Source: Actinomycetota bacterium (GTDB taxonomy: Bacteria > Actinomycetota > Thermoleophilia > Solirubrobacterales > Solirubrobacteraceae). Taken from it: 64,000 bases of DNA. The position numbers and the translations under genes are program-made. This document shows, in pieces, positions 11,522-21,936 of this stretch. How positions within the stretch are numbered: the first letter of the stretch is position 1; each line of letters begins with the position of its first letter. The notes beneath the pieces are model-generated. The model was given only the letters and a program-made list of their open reading frames with translations, had not been told where the DNA came from and searched no databases. Location: the NCBI GenBank assembly GCA_018268595.1, contig JAFDWH010000004.1:237531-301530 (forward strand), read 5' to 3'.

Positions 11522-14185
11522 ATGCGGCACGCACGCGCGCACGTCCCGGTCGTCCTCGTCGTCGTCGCGGCGGCGCTGCTCGCGTGGGCCGCGCCGGCGG
11601 GCGCGCTGTCGGTGACGGACGTCACCGTCACGGCGAGAGACAACGGCGGCCAGTTCCCGCTCTCCGGGCCGTACGCCGCCGGCGCGCATCCGGACCTCTT
11701 CACCAGATTCACGTTCAGCGACTCCGGCAGATACACGTCGGACACGGCGAGAGACCTGCAGGTCCACTTCGCGCCGGGCATCGTCGCGTACGTGAACCAC
11801 GTGGACCGCTGCACGAGCGCCGAGTTCGCGGCCTCCAGCAGCCTGCCGTCGACCTGCCCGCCCGGCTCGGCCGTCGGGACCGCCGTGACGGGCATCACGA
11901 CCGACAACGCAGTGCTGAACGGACTCCTCGGCGGCTCGGTGAGCGGCACGATCTACAACATCGACCCGCCGGCCGGGTCGCCCGCCGCGCTCGGGATCGA
12001 CATCGCGCCGCCGGCCCCGAACCCGCACATCAAGGTCGTCGCGACGATCAGCGTCGACCCGCACGACCTCGGCCTGACCGCGTCGCTGAGACTGCCCAAC
12101 ACGGCCACGCTCGGGCTCGGCGCGGTCCCGCTGGGGACCGTCAACGTCCACACCGACTGGATCGAGCAGACGCTGTTCGGCTATGTGAACGGGAGATCGT
12201 TCTTCACCAACCCGACCTCGTGCATCCCGGCCGCGATCAGCGTCTCCGCCAGCTCGTACAGCGGCGCGAGCGGCTCCAGAAGCGCCTCCTACACGCCGAC
12301 CGACTGCGCCGGCGTGCCGTTCTCGACGAGACTCGCGATCAGCGTCGACCCGCCGCTGACCGACTGGACCTCGACCGTCACCTCCGACGTGCAGCCCGGC
12401 GCTGCCGACATCCCGCGCGCCAACTCGCACGTGCGCTCGACGACCGTCACGCTGCCGCAGAGCCTGCTGCTCAACCCCGCGCTCGCCGCCCGGCTCGACG
12501 CCTGCACCGACGCGCAGTTCCAGCTCAGAGACACGTCGGTCGCGGCGAGATGCCCGCCCTCCTCGGCGGTCGGCGACATCAACTTCGTCTCGCCGATCCT
12601 CGGCGCGTTCCCCGGCAAGGCGTACTTCGGCAACCAGACGCCGACCGACCGCCTGCGGCTGTTCCTCGACGTGCCGCTCTACGGCGCGCACATCAAGGTC
12701 TCAGCGCACGTGCACCCGAGCTTCACGACGGGGCAGATCACGACCGTCTTCGACGAGCTGCCGCAGATCGCGTTCACCGACTTCACGCTCACGTTCCACG
12801 GCGGCCCGCGCTCGGCGCTCGTCTCGCCGACCGCGTGCGGCACGCACACCGCGAGCGCGATCACGACGCCGTGGTCCGGCACCGCGCCGCAGGCCTCGTC
12901 CGGCAGCTTCACCGTCTCGTGGGACGGCAGAGGCGCGCCCTGCCCGCGCATCTTCCAGCCGTCGATGGCGACGTCCGTCTCGACCGCCAAAGCCGGCGCC
13001 TCGCCGACCTTCACGCTCGTCGCGAACCGGCCGGACCGCAACGTCCCCGTCGGGCGCATGACGTACGACATGCCGGCCGGGCTCGTCGGCGACCTCGCGC
13101 TCAGAGGGCTCACGCAGTGCCCGCTCGCAGTCGCCGCGGCGGGGGGCTGCCCCGCGTCGAGCAGGATCGGCCACGTCGTGTCGGTCGACGGCTCCGGCAC
13201 CGAGCCGCCGTCGCTGCCCGGCGACGTCTACCTGACGCAGCCGAAGGCCCCCGGCGACCCGGCCGGCCTGTCGGTCAAGGTCCCGGCGCGGCTCGGGCCG
13301 GTCGACGCGGGCACCGTGATCGTCGGCGTGCGCCTCGCGCTGCGGCCCGACGGCGGACTGCACGTCGTGAGCGACCCGATCCCGCCGTTGCAGCTCGGGA
13401 TCCCGCTCGCGATCCGCACGCTGACCGTGACGATCGACCGCAAGGGCTTCATGCGCAACCCGGCCAGCTGCGGCGACAAGACGGCCTTCGGCCACTTCGA
13501 CTCGATCGGCGCCGAGCACGCCGAGATCAGCTCGAAGCTGACGATCGGGGACTGCGGCGGCCTGCGCTTCCAGCCACTGCTGAAGGCGTTCATCGGCGCG
13601 CGCCACCGCACCGGCGTCGGCAGCCATCCGCCGTTCACGACCGTGATCACGTCGAATGGCGACGATGCGCCGATCCGCAGCGCGCACGTGCGCCTGCCCC
13701 AGGGCATCGCCTCCAACGCGCGCTCGCTGAACGCCGCGTGCGCGGCCGACGCGTTCGCGGCCGGCAGATGCCCCGAGCAGTCGCACATCGCCAACGCGGT
13801 CGCGCACAGTCCGCTGCTGCGCGACCCGGTCACCGGCCCGGTCTATCTCGTCAAGCGGCCGACGGGCCAGCGCGGGCTGCCGAGACTCGTCGTGCAGTTC
13901 AGACGGCCGATCGCGCTGACGCTCGAGGCGGCCGTGAACATCGGCAAGCGCGGCGGCATCGGGACGACGTTCCCCGTCGTGCCGGACCTGCCGATCACGC
14001 GCTTCGTGCTGCGCTTCCACGGCGGCCCCTACGGCGCGCTCGCCGTCACGCGGAGCCTCTGCCGGCGCACGCTGCGGCTGCCGGCGACGTTCGCCGGACA
14101 GAACGGCAAGACGCTGAAGGAGCGGCCGCGGATCGCCGTGCGCGGCTGCCGCAGGGCCGCGCACAGAGCGCACCGCAGACGCTGA
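11522..14185 (+). CDS. large secreted hypothetical protein, paralog A (Cys-loop repeat protein)
   Basis: GGAGGTGAGAG RBS before the ATG. Signal peptide 'VVLVVVAAALLAWAAPAGA'. 887 aa with four C-x(6-14)-C-P-x-x-S-x-(I/V)G-type motifs and a basic C-terminus. Clearly paralogous to the next gene. Confidence 0.8.
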   Translation: MRHARAHVPVVLVVVAAALLAWAAPAGALSVTDVTVTARDNGGQFPLSGPYAAGAHPDLFTRFTFSDSGRYTSDTARDLQVHFAPGIVAYVNHVDRCTSAEFAASSSLPSTCPPGSAVGTAVTGITTDNAVLNGLLGGSVSGTIYNIDPPAGSPAALGIDIAPPAPNPHIKVVATISVDPHDLGLTASLRLPNTATLGLGAVPLGTVNVHTDWIEQTLFGYVNGRSFFTNPTSCIPAAISVSASSYSGASGSRSASYTPTDCAGVPFSTRLAISVDPPLTDWTSTVTSDVQPGAADIPRANSHVRSTTVTLPQSLLLNPALAARLDACTDAQFQLRDTSVAARCPPSSAVGDINFVSPILGAFPGKAYFGNQTPTDRLRLFLDVPLYGAHIKVSAHVHPSFTTGQITTVFDELPQIAFTDFTLTFHGGPRSALVSPTACGTHTASAITTPWSGTAPQASSGSFTVSWDGRGAPCPRIFQPSMATSVSTAKAGASPTFTLVANRPDRNVPVGRMTYDMPAGLVGDLALRGLTQCPLAVAAAGGCPASSRIGHVVSVDGSGTEPPSLPGDVYLTQPKAPGDPAGLSVKVPARLGPVDAGTVIVGVRLALRPDGGLHVVSDPIPPLQLGIPLAIRTLTVTIDRKGFMRNPASCGDKTAFGHFDSIGAEHAEISSKLTIGDCGGLRFQPLLKAFIGARHRTGVGSHPPFTTVITSNGDDAPIRSAHVRLPQGIASNARSLNAACAADAFAAGRCPEQSHIANAVAHSPLLRDPVTGPVYLVKRPTGQRGLPRLVVQFRRPIALTLEAAVNIGKRGGIGTTFPVVPDLPITRFVLRFHGGPYGALAVTRSLCRRTLRLPATFAGQNGKTLKERPRIAVRGCRRAAHRAHRRR

Positions 14186-14359
14186 CCGGACAGCGCCGCT
14201 CCGCCGTTCGGGCGCACGCCGCGGCGGCCGCTCGGCCGGCGCGGCGCACGCCCACGCGACTGGCCCCACCACCTTGAGACACGCTTGTTTGCCGTCTCGT
14301 CCACATGGGCACCCGCCTTGTGGAGATGCCCGACGAGTGGCATCGAGGAGGAGGAAAGC

Positions 14360-17041
14360 ATGAGGCTCATCCGTGGGCGGTCGTCCTCGCTGTCGCTGGT
14401 CGCAGCGCTCGCCGCCGTCATCGTCCTGGTCGCCGCGTCCCCCGCCTTCGCCGCCTTCTCGGTGAGCAGCGTGACCGCGACACCCAGCACCACGCAGGCC
14501 GGCGGCCATCCGGATCTCACGGTCGCCGTGAACTTCGGCGGCGACGACACGCAGATCGGCGGACCGGGGCCGGCCAATCCGGTGGCCGACTCGCCGAGCA
14601 CCTACACGGTCCATCTCGGTCCGGGCCTCTTCGGCAATCCGCTCGCGGCGCCGACCTGCACGCTCGCCGACTTCAAGGCGGACAGATGCCCGGTCACCAC
14701 AATCGTCGGCAGCGGCGCCCAGACGTTCGTCGCGGTCCTCGCGCCCGGCAGTCCGACGATCCAGCTTCCGAGCGTCATCTACAACCTCGCGACGACCTCG
14801 CCGGATCAGGTGACGCTGCTCGGCGTGCGCACGTTCGCCGGCAACCCCGGCCCGATCACGGACCCCGGCTTCCCCGCCGTGCCGACCGCCTCGCGCGTCC
14901 CGTTCGCGGTGACGCTCAACAGCAACGACCTGGGGCTCGACTCGACCAACCTCGAGCCGCTCACCGCCGTGAGCCCGACGCTCGGGCCGCTCCGCATCAC
15001 GCAGCTGGTCTCGAGACTGTTCGGCACGTCGCTCGTCGGCCAGCCGTACATGTCGAACCCGACGGCGTGCATCCCCGTCCCGGTCTCGGCGTCCGCGACC
15101 TCGAACGCGGGCGACAGAGCGTCCGGCTCGGCGACGCCGTACACGCCGACCGACTGCGCGACGCTGCCGTTCGACGCCGGCCTCGGCCTCGACCTCTCGA
15201 CGACGCAGACCGACGCGCCCACGCAAGCCGGCGTGACGATCACCCGGCCGAGCGCGGCCAGCCCGCGCCGCCAGGGCGACGTGCTCCAGGCGACGACCGT
15301 GCTGCCCGCGGGCATGACGGTGAACCCGTCGCTCGCCAACGGGCTGGAGGCGTGCACGGATGCGCAGTTCGCCGCGGCCGATCGCACGACCGCCGCCGGC
15401 TGCCCGGCCGCCTCGCGGATCGGCACGGTGCGGTTCGTCTCGCCGCTGTTCCTGCGCACGTTCGAGGGACCGGTCTACTACGGCACGAGAACGCCGACCG
15501 CGTTCAACCGCCTGTTCGTCGACGTGCCCGTGCCCGGCGTGCACCTGAAGCTGACGGGTCGCGTGACGCTGAACGCGACGAACGGCCAGGTCACGACCGT
15601 CTTCCAGGACCTCCCGCAGCTCCCGTTCACCGCGTTCACGCTGACGTTCCAGGGCGGCGCCCGCTCGGTGCTCGTGACGCCGCAGACCTGCGGCCCGAAC
15701 ACCGCCACGGCGGACCTCGTCCCGTACGCCCGCCTGACCGACGCCACGCCGCCCGACGCGACGCCGAGCGCGTCGTTCACGACCTCGTTCGACGGCGCCG
15801 GAGCGGCATGCGCGGCGGCGTTGAAGCCGTGGTTCACCACCACGGTCACGAACACGAGGTCGGGTGGTGCCACGCAGTACACGCTCAAGTTCGGCCGCGG
15901 CGATCGCGACCGCCGCATCGGCGACGTGACCTTCCACCTCACGAGAGGGCTGATCGGCAACCTCGCGCTCGACGGCCTCACCAAGTGCTCGCTCGCCGCC
16001 GCCGCGAGCGCGAGCTGCCCCGCGTCGAGCCGCATCGGCGACGCGACCGCCCAGGCGGGCTCCGGTCCGGCACCGGTCTCGCTGCCGGGTGACGTGTTCC
16101 TGACCGCGCCGCGCGTCAGCGGCGATCCGGCCGGCCTGTCCGTGCTCGTGCGCGCGAGGATCGGTCCCGTCGACCTCGGCGACGTGGTCGTCCCCGTGCG
16201 GCTCCAGCTGCGCTCGAACGGCGGGCTCGACGCGACGGCCGCCATCCCGCAGTTCCAGGAGGGCGTCCCGATCTCGCCGCGCCTCACGGCGATCTCGATC
16301 ACGCGCGCCGGGTTCATGCGCAACCCGACGAGCTGCGGGCATCGCCGCTCCAGCGGCGTGTTCGGCGGCGTCGGCGGCGGCAGCGTCACGACCCACGCGG
16401 CGCTCGACCTGACCGACTGCAAGGCGCTGGGCTTCACGCCGAAGTTCTCGATCAAGGTGGGCGCGAAGGGCAAGACGCACGACGGCGCGCATCCGCCGCT
16501 CACGACGACGATCACGCAGCCCGGCGGACAGGCCGGTCTCACGTGGGTGCACGTGGTGTTGCCGAACGCGCTGCCGTCGAACTCGATCGGGCTGAACCAG
16601 GCCTGCTCGCAGGCCGACTTCACCGCCGGCAGATGCGGCAAGCGCGCGCAGATCGCCACCGCGAAGGCCGTCAGCCCGTTCGTGAAGGGCACGCTGAGGG
16701 GGCCGGTCTACCTGGTCAAGCGCCCGCCCGGCGAGAAGGGCCTGCCGAGACTGGTCGTCCAGCTGCGCGGACCGTTGTCGATCGACCTCGTCGGCAACAT
16801 CAAGATCGGCAAGGGCGACAAGATCGCGACGACGTTCAGCCAGCTGCCCGACGTCCCGGTGACGAAGTTCGTGCTGAGCTTCCACTCCGGCAGATTCGGG
16901 ATCATCGCGGCCAACACCGATCTGTGCGCGAGAAAGCTGTTCGCGCCCACCGAGCTGCGCGGCCAGAACGGCAAGCGGCACAAGATCCGCCCGCAGATCA
17001 AGGTGAACGGCTGCAAGCAGACGAGGCACCACAAGAAGTAG
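14360..17041 (+). CDS. large secreted hypothetical protein, paralog B (Cys-loop repeat protein)
   Basis: An internal ATG at 14360 is preceded by GGAGGAGGAGGAAAG. Signal peptide 'LSLVAALAAVIVLVAASPAFA'. Collinear with paralog A, for example 'PYTPTDCATLPF' versus 'SYTPTDCAGVPF' and 'RAGFMRNPTSCG' versus 'RKGFMRNPASCG'. Confidence 0.8.
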   Translation: MRLIRGRSSSLSLVAALAAVIVLVAASPAFAAFSVSSVTATPSTTQAGGHPDLTVAVNFGGDDTQIGGPGPANPVADSPSTYTVHLGPGLFGNPLAAPTCTLADFKADRCPVTTIVGSGAQTFVAVLAPGSPTIQLPSVIYNLATTSPDQVTLLGVRTFAGNPGPITDPGFPAVPTASRVPFAVTLNSNDLGLDSTNLEPLTAVSPTLGPLRITQLVSRLFGTSLVGQPYMSNPTACIPVPVSASATSNAGDRASGSATPYTPTDCATLPFDAGLGLDLSTTQTDAPTQAGVTITRPSAASPRRQGDVLQATTVLPAGMTVNPSLANGLEACTDAQFAAADRTTAAGCPAASRIGTVRFVSPLFLRTFEGPVYYGTRTPTAFNRLFVDVPVPGVHLKLTGRVTLNATNGQVTTVFQDLPQLPFTAFTLTFQGGARSVLVTPQTCGPNTATADLVPYARLTDATPPDATPSASFTTSFDGAGAACAAALKPWFTTTVTNTRSGGATQYTLKFGRGDRDRRIGDVTFHLTRGLIGNLALDGLTKCSLAAAASASCPASSRIGDATAQAGSGPAPVSLPGDVFLTAPRVSGDPAGLSVLVRARIGPVDLGDVVVPVRLQLRSNGGLDATAAIPQFQEGVPISPRLTAISITRAGFMRNPTSCGHRRSSGVFGGVGGGSVTTHAALDLTDCKALGFTPKFSIKVGAKGKTHDGAHPPLTTTITQPGGQAGLTWVHVVLPNALPSNSIGLNQACSQADFTAGRCGKRAQIATAKAVSPFVKGTLRGPVYLVKRPPGEKGLPRLVVQLRGPLSIDLVGNIKIGKGDKIATTFSQLPDVPVTKFVLSFHSGRFGIIAANTDLCARKLFAPTELRGQNGKRHKIRPQIKVNGCKQTRHHKK

Positions 17042-17078
17042 GCAAAGCCGTCGAGGTGGTCGGGTAGCGTTTCGCCGC

Positions 17079-17582
17079 ATGAATGCACCCGGCCACTTCG
17101 ACTTCTACACGTTCGTGCTGCTCGTCCACATCGCCTCGGCGGTGATCGCCTTCGGCGCGACGTTCGCGTACCCCGTGATCGAGCTGACGCTGCAGCGGAC
17201 GGACCTGCGCGCGCTGCCCGCGTGGCACGAGGCGCAGAACCAGGTCGGGCACAAGCTGATCACGCCCGGCGCCGTGCTGCTGCTGATCAGCGGCATCTAC
17301 ATGGTCAGCACGGATCGCTGGAGCGGCGTCGGGGGCTTCTGGTTCGGCGCCGCGGGCGCGATCGTGGTGGTGCTGCTGGGTCTCGGTCACGGCTTCTTCG
17401 CCCCCAACGCGCGCAAGCGACGCGACCAGGCGCGCGCCGACCTCGACGGCGGCGCGGCCGAGAGCGGCCGCATGAGCGAGGCCTACCAGGCGCTCTCGCG
17501 CAAGGTCATGCCGGTCGGGATGCTGTCGTCGCTGCTCGTGCTGGTGGCGCTGCTGCTGATGGTCTGGAAGCCGGGGGCCTAG
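17079..17582 (+). CDS. integral membrane protein (DUF2269-like)
   Basis: 167 aa with four hydrophobic helices. The N-terminal 'FVLLVHIASAVIAFGATFAYP' resembles DUF2269 proteins (family call from memory). Confidence 0.6.
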   Translation: MNAPGHFDFYTFVLLVHIASAVIAFGATFAYPVIELTLQRTDLRALPAWHEAQNQVGHKLITPGAVLLLISGIYMVSTDRWSGVGGFWFGAAGAIVVVLLGLGHGFFAPNARKRRDQARADLDGGAAESGRMSEAYQALSRKVMPVGMLSSLLVLVALLLMVWKPGA

Positions 17583-17620
17583 GCAGGAATCGGCCCGCGG
17601 GGCGCCGAACCCCTCTCGCG

Positions 17621-18217
17621 ATGCCCGCGATCCAGGCATCTCGCCGGCTGGTGAAGTCCCCGCCCGAGCTGTGGGCCGAGGTCAGCGACGCAGCGTCGCT
17701 CGCCCGCCACCTCGGCGAGGTCGGCGAGATCACAATCACCCGGCTCGAGCCCGAGACGACGGTCGCCTGGGAGGGCGAGCGCGCCAGCGGCACCGTCGAG
17801 CTCGCGCCAGCCGGGTGGGGCACCTCCGTCACGTTCACCGCCGAGCCAGTCGCGGCCGAGGTCGCGGACGAGGCGCCGGAGCCGGTCGCGCGTGAGCCGG
17901 AGCCGGTTGCGCCCGAGCTGGCGCCCGCCCCCGCGCCGGAACCCGAGCCCAAGCCGGCCGCGAAACCGCGCCGCTCGTTGTTCCAGCGACTGTTCGGCAG
18001 ACGGCGCGCAGCCGCAAACGCCGATCGGGCGGGTGGCGGTGAGGATGCACGTGCCCCGGGCGAAGACCCGGGGTGCGCGCACCCGGAGCCGACAGGACCC
18101 GCCCGCAGCAGCGCCGAGCCTGAGCCCGAGCCGCAACCCGACCCCCTGGAGCAAGTCCTCACCCAAGCACTCGACTCCCTCGGCCAGGCCCACCACCGCC
18201 CGTTCAGCCGCGGATAG
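17621..18217 (+). CDS. hypothetical protein with a small N-terminal domain and a Pro/Glu-rich disordered tail
   Basis: ATG at 17621. '[69 protein letters not shown]' looks SRPBCC-like. An (EP/AP)n low-complexity tail follows. Confidence 0.45.
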   Translation: MPAIQASRRLVKSPPELWAEVSDAASLARHLGEVGEITITRLEPETTVAWEGERASGTVELAPAGWGTSVTFTAEPVAAEVADEAPEPVAREPEPVAPELAPAPAPEPEPKPAAKPRRSLFQRLFGRRRAAANADRAGGGEDARAPGEDPGCAHPEPTGPARSSAEPEPEPQPDPLEQVLTQALDSLGQAHHRPFSRG

Positions 18218-18243
18218 GCGCCCTTCCACGCATCGCCGGTAAC

Positions 18244-19827
18244 ATGCGCGCCCGCATGGCGCGTCAGAAGGCACCCGAGACGTTCGACGAGAAGCTCGCC
18301 CAGCTCCAGGAGCTGCGCGAGGAGGCGATCCACTCCGCGACCGCCGCCGCCGTCGAGAAGCAGCACGCGAAGGGCAAGTACACCGCCCGCGAGCGGATCG
18401 AGAAGCTGCTCGATCCCGGCTCCTTCCAGGAGCTGGACACGTTCGTGCGCCACCGCACGCACGACTTCGACATGCAGAAGAACCGTCCGTGGGGCGACGC
18501 GGTCGTGACCGGCCACGGCACGATCGACGGCCGCCGCGTGTGCGTCTTCAGCCAGGACTTCACCGTCGTCGGCGGCTCGCTCGGCGAGGTGATGGCGGAG
18601 AAGATGTGCAAGATCATGGACCTGGCGGCGAAGATCGGCTGCCCCGTGATCGGCATCAACGACTCCGGCGGCGCGCGCATCCAGGAGGGCGTCGTCTCGC
18701 TCGGTGCCTACGGCGACGTGTTCCTGCGCAACGTCAAGTGCTCCGGCGTGATCCCGCAGATCAGCCTGATCATGGGCCCCTGCGCCGGCGGCGCCGTCTA
18801 CTCCCCCGCGATCACCGACTTCATCTTCATGGTGAAGGAGACCTCGCACATGTTCATCACCGGTCCCGACGTCATCAAGACAGTCACTGGTGAGGAGCCG
18901 ACGTTCGAGGAGCTGGGCGGCGCGATGACGCACAACTCGAAGTCGGGCGTCGCCCACTTCGCCTCCGAGGACGAGGACGCCTGCCTCGAGGACGCGCGCT
19001 ACCTGTTCAGCTTCCTGCCGAGCAACAACCTCGAGCTGCCCCCGCGCGTGCATCCGACCGACGAGCCGGACCGCATGGACCCCGAGCTGGACACGGTCGT
19101 GCCCGACGCCCCCAACAAGCCGTACGACATGCGCGACGTGATCCGCCTCGTCGTCGACGACGGCGAGTTCCTCGAGGTGCACGAGCACTTCGCGACGAAC
19201 ATCGTCTGCGGCTTCGCGCGGCTCGACGGCTACGCGGTCGGCGTCGTCGGCAACCAGCCGTCCTCGCTCGCCGGCGTGCTCGACATCGCCGCCTCCGAGA
19301 AGGGCGCGCGCTTCGTGCGCACGTGCGACGCGTTCAACCTCCCGATCGTCACGCTCGTGGACGTGCCCGGCTTCCTGCCCGGCACCGCGCAGGAGTGGGG
19401 CGGGATCATCCGCCACGGCGCGAAGCTGCTGTACGCGTTCGCGGAGGCGACCGTGCCGAAGATCACCGTCATCACGCGCAAGTCCTACGGCGGCGCGTAC
19501 GACGTCATGGCCTCCAAGCACCTCGGCGCCGACTTCAACTTCGCCTGGCCGCAGGCGGAGATCGCGGTGATGGGGCCGGAGGGCGCGGTCAACATCATCT
19601 ACCGCCGCGACATCGCCTCCTCGCCGACGCCGGAAGACCGGCGCGCGAAGCTGATGGAGGACTACAAGGCGCGCTTCGCCAACCCCTACTCGGCGGCCGA
19701 GCGCGGCTACATCGACGACGTGATCGTGCCGCACGAGACGCGCCCGAAGCTGATCGCCGCGCTCCACACCCTGCTCACGAAGCGCGAGCCGGGGCCGAAG
19801 CGCAAGCACGGCAACATCCCGCTCTGA
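18244..19827 (+). CDS. acyl-CoA (propionyl/methylmalonyl) carboxylase carboxyltransferase beta subunit
   Basis: '[18 protein letters not shown]', '[13 protein letters not shown]' and '[12 protein letters not shown]' are signature carboxyltransferase motifs. 527 aa. Confidence 0.9.
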   Translation: MRARMARQKAPETFDEKLAQLQELREEAIHSATAAAVEKQHAKGKYTARERIEKLLDPGSFQELDTFVRHRTHDFDMQKNRPWGDAVVTGHGTIDGRRVCVFSQDFTVVGGSLGEVMAEKMCKIMDLAAKIGCPVIGINDSGGARIQEGVVSLGAYGDVFLRNVKCSGVIPQISLIMGPCAGGAVYSPAITDFIFMVKETSHMFITGPDVIKTVTGEEPTFEELGGAMTHNSKSGVAHFASEDEDACLEDARYLFSFLPSNNLELPPRVHPTDEPDRMDPELDTVVPDAPNKPYDMRDVIRLVVDDGEFLEVHEHFATNIVCGFARLDGYAVGVVGNQPSSLAGVLDIAASEKGARFVRTCDAFNLPIVTLVDVPGFLPGTAQEWGGIIRHGAKLLYAFAEATVPKITVITRKSYGGAYDVMASKHLGADFNFAWPQAEIAVMGPEGAVNIIYRRDIASSPTPEDRRAKLMEDYKARFANPYSAAERGYIDDVIVPHETRPKLIAALHTLLTKREPGPKRKHGNIPL

Positions 19828-19864
19828 TCCGCCGCATCCTCCCTGCTGTACGCTCGGGCGCCGC

Positions 19865-20998
19865 GTGATCTACCGGCTGCTCTACACGCACCTGCTGTCG
19901 CGCTTCGACGCGGAGCGGGTGCACCGCCTCACGACCCGCGGCCTGATCGCCGTCGACCGCATCCCGGCGCTGCGGCGCCTGCTGCGCGCGCTGCTGGCAC
20001 CGCGCGACCCGCGGCTGCGCGTGCGCGCGCTCGGGCTCGACTTCCCCAGCCCGCTCGGGCTGGCCGCCGGCTTCGACAAGGAGGCCGCCGCCTTCGACGC
20101 GTTCGCGACGCTCGGCTTCGGGTACGTCGAGGTCGGCACGATCACCGGCGAGGGGCAGCCCGGCAACGCCGGCACGCGCGTCTTCCGGCTGCCGCGCGAG
20201 CGCGCGCTCGTGAACCGCATGGGCTTCCCGAACGCCGGCGCGGCGGCGGCGCAGGCGCGGCTGCGCGGACGCGCGCGCGGCGCGGGCGCGCCGGTCGTCG
20301 GCGTCAACGTCGGCAAGACGAGACGCGCGCAGGACGCCGCCGCGGACTACCAGGCGAGCGTGCGGGCGCTCGCGCCGCACGCCGACTACCTCGTGCTGAA
20401 CGTCTCCTCGCCGAACACGCCGGGCCTCCGCGACATGCAGGCGGTCGACCAGCTCGCCGCGCTGATCGCCGCCGTCCGTGCGACGCTCGCGGAGGCCTCG
20501 CTCGCGCTGCCGCTGCTGGTGAAGATCGCGCCCGACCTGTCGGACGAGGACGTCGACGCGATCGCGGACCTCGCGCTGCGCGAGCGGCTGGACGGGCTGA
20601 TCGCGACGAACACGACGATCGACCGCGGCGCGCTGCGCGACCCGCGCGCGCCCGGCGTCCCGCCCGAGGGCGGCATCTCCGGCGCGCCGGTGAGAGCGCG
20701 CGCGCTCGCCGTGCTGCGCCGCCTGCACGCGCGCACCGAGGGGCGCCTGACCCTGATCGCCGTCGGCGGGATCGAGACGGCCGACGACGCGTGGGAGCGG
20801 ATCCGCGCCGGCGCCACGCTCGTGCAGGCCTACACCGGCTTCGTCTACGGCGGCCCGCTGTGGCCGTGGCGCGTCAACCGCGGCCTCGCGCGGCTGGCGC
20901 GTGAGGCCGCCTTGGCGAGCGTGCAGGACGCGGTCGGCGCCGACGCGCCCGCCGCCCGCGTGGCCGACCCGGCCACAAGCGGCGCTCAGGCCGGCTGA
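19865..20998 (+). CDS. pyrD: dihydroorotate dehydrogenase (quinone), class 2
   Basis: 'GLAAGFDKE', 'GFGYVEVGTIT', 'NRMGFPN', 'NVSSPNTPGLR' and 'GGI.T..DA'. Confidence 0.9.
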   Translation: MIYRLLYTHLLSRFDAERVHRLTTRGLIAVDRIPALRRLLRALLAPRDPRLRVRALGLDFPSPLGLAAGFDKEAAAFDAFATLGFGYVEVGTITGEGQPGNAGTRVFRLPRERALVNRMGFPNAGAAAAQARLRGRARGAGAPVVGVNVGKTRRAQDAAADYQASVRALAPHADYLVLNVSSPNTPGLRDMQAVDQLAALIAAVRATLAEASLALPLLVKIAPDLSDEDVDAIADLALRERLDGLIATNTTIDRGALRDPRAPGVPPEGGISGAPVRARALAVLRRLHARTEGRLTLIAVGGIETADDAWERIRAGATLVQAYTGFVYGGPLWPWRVNRGLARLAREAALASVQDAVGADAPAARVADPATSGAQAG

Positions 20999-21008
20999 CG
21001 CGCGCCGC

Positions 21009-21533
21009 TCACAGCGCGGCGCCCTTGCGCTGGTTGCACGGCGCGCACAGCAGCTGGAGGTTCTGGACGGTCGTCGCGCCGCCCAACGAGACCGGGATGA
21101 CGTGGTCGTACTGCAGGTCGAAGTTCGACTCGCACTCGACGCAGCGGCCGCCGTCGCGCTCGAAGACGGCCAGCTTCACCTCCCGCGGGATCGGCTCGCG
21201 CCGCTGGACCGGCTCGCGGTCCAGCGCGAGCGCGGTGTGCGCCCGCTCGAGCTTGCGCTTGCGGCGGCGCTCGCGTTCGCGCACGAGCGCGAGCACGTCG
21301 TCGGGCTCGAGCTGCTCGTCCTCCCAGTAGCAGACGTCCTCGAACCACCAGTACGCGCGGTCGCGGGCGACCACGGCGCGGACGGGCCGCATCAGCTGCT
21401 CGACCTGCAGGAGGTCGAACGTTCTGCGGCTCCACACGCGCGGCAGCTTCGTGCGGCCGACGCTCAGCTCGTAGCGCCAGCCGAGCAGGCTCAGCCGGCG
21501 CGACCAGCTCGCGTTTCTCGCTTCCCGCAGCAC
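21009..21533 (-). CDS. HNH endonuclease domain protein
   Basis: The C-terminal 'VFERDGGRCVECESNFDLQYDHVIPVSLGGATTVQNLQLLCAPCNQRK' is a canonical HNH/zinc motif. The start is uncertain: GTG 21533 is chosen to avoid overlap with the divergent rhodanese, and ATG 21392 is an alternative. Confidence 0.7.
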   Translation of the reverse strand: MLREARNASWSRRLSLLGWRYELSVGRTKLPRVWSRRTFDLLQVEQLMRPVRAVVARDRAYWWFEDVCYWEDEQLEPDDVLALVRERERRRKRKLERAHTALALDREPVQRREPIPREVKLAVFERDGGRCVECESNFDLQYDHVIPVSLGGATTVQNLQLLCAPCNQRKGAAL

Positions 21534-21588
21534 GACCGGCCATGATCGCGCCCTGGCCGGCGGAGCGCACCGTCTACCCTCTGCCGCG

Positions 21589-21912
21589 ATGACGACCGAC
21601 GTGTCCGAGCTCACCCCCGCCGAGGCGGCCGCGCGCCTGCGCGACGAGGACGGCTGGCAGATCGTCGACGTGCGCACGCCGGCGGAGCGTCCGGACGGCG
21701 TGATCGAGGGCGACGTGCTGATCCCGCTCGACGAGCTGAGCCGGCGCGCCGGCGAGATCGATCCGAGCCGGCCGTCGCTGATCTACTGCCGCAGCGGCTC
21801 GCGCTCGGCGATGGCCGTCGCCGCCCTGCGCACCGCCGGCTACGACGCGCACAACCTCGCCGGCGGCATGATCGCGTGGCTCGAGGCCGGCCTGCCGGTC
21901 GCGGCCAGCTAA
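21589..21912 (+). CDS. single-domain rhodanese-like sulfurtransferase
   Basis: 107 aa with the active-site loop 'CRSGSRS' and 'GGMIAW'. Confidence 0.85.
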   Translation: MTTDVSELTPAEAAARLRDEDGWQIVDVRTPAERPDGVIEGDVLIPLDELSRRAGEIDPSRPSLIYCRSGSRSAMAVAALRTAGYDAHNLAGGMIAWLEAGLPVAAS

Positions 21913-21922
21913 ACCCCCGAAA

Positions 21923-21936
21923 CAAACCCGGGTTTG
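21923..21936. promoter_or_regulatory. perfect 14-bp palindrome CAAACCCGGGTTTG in an AT-richer patch upstream of sulfite reductase
   Basis: Read directly at 21923-21936. A related AAACCCG...GG(A)TTTTGCTA motif recurs upstream of cysH (25839-25865). Confidence 0.3.
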
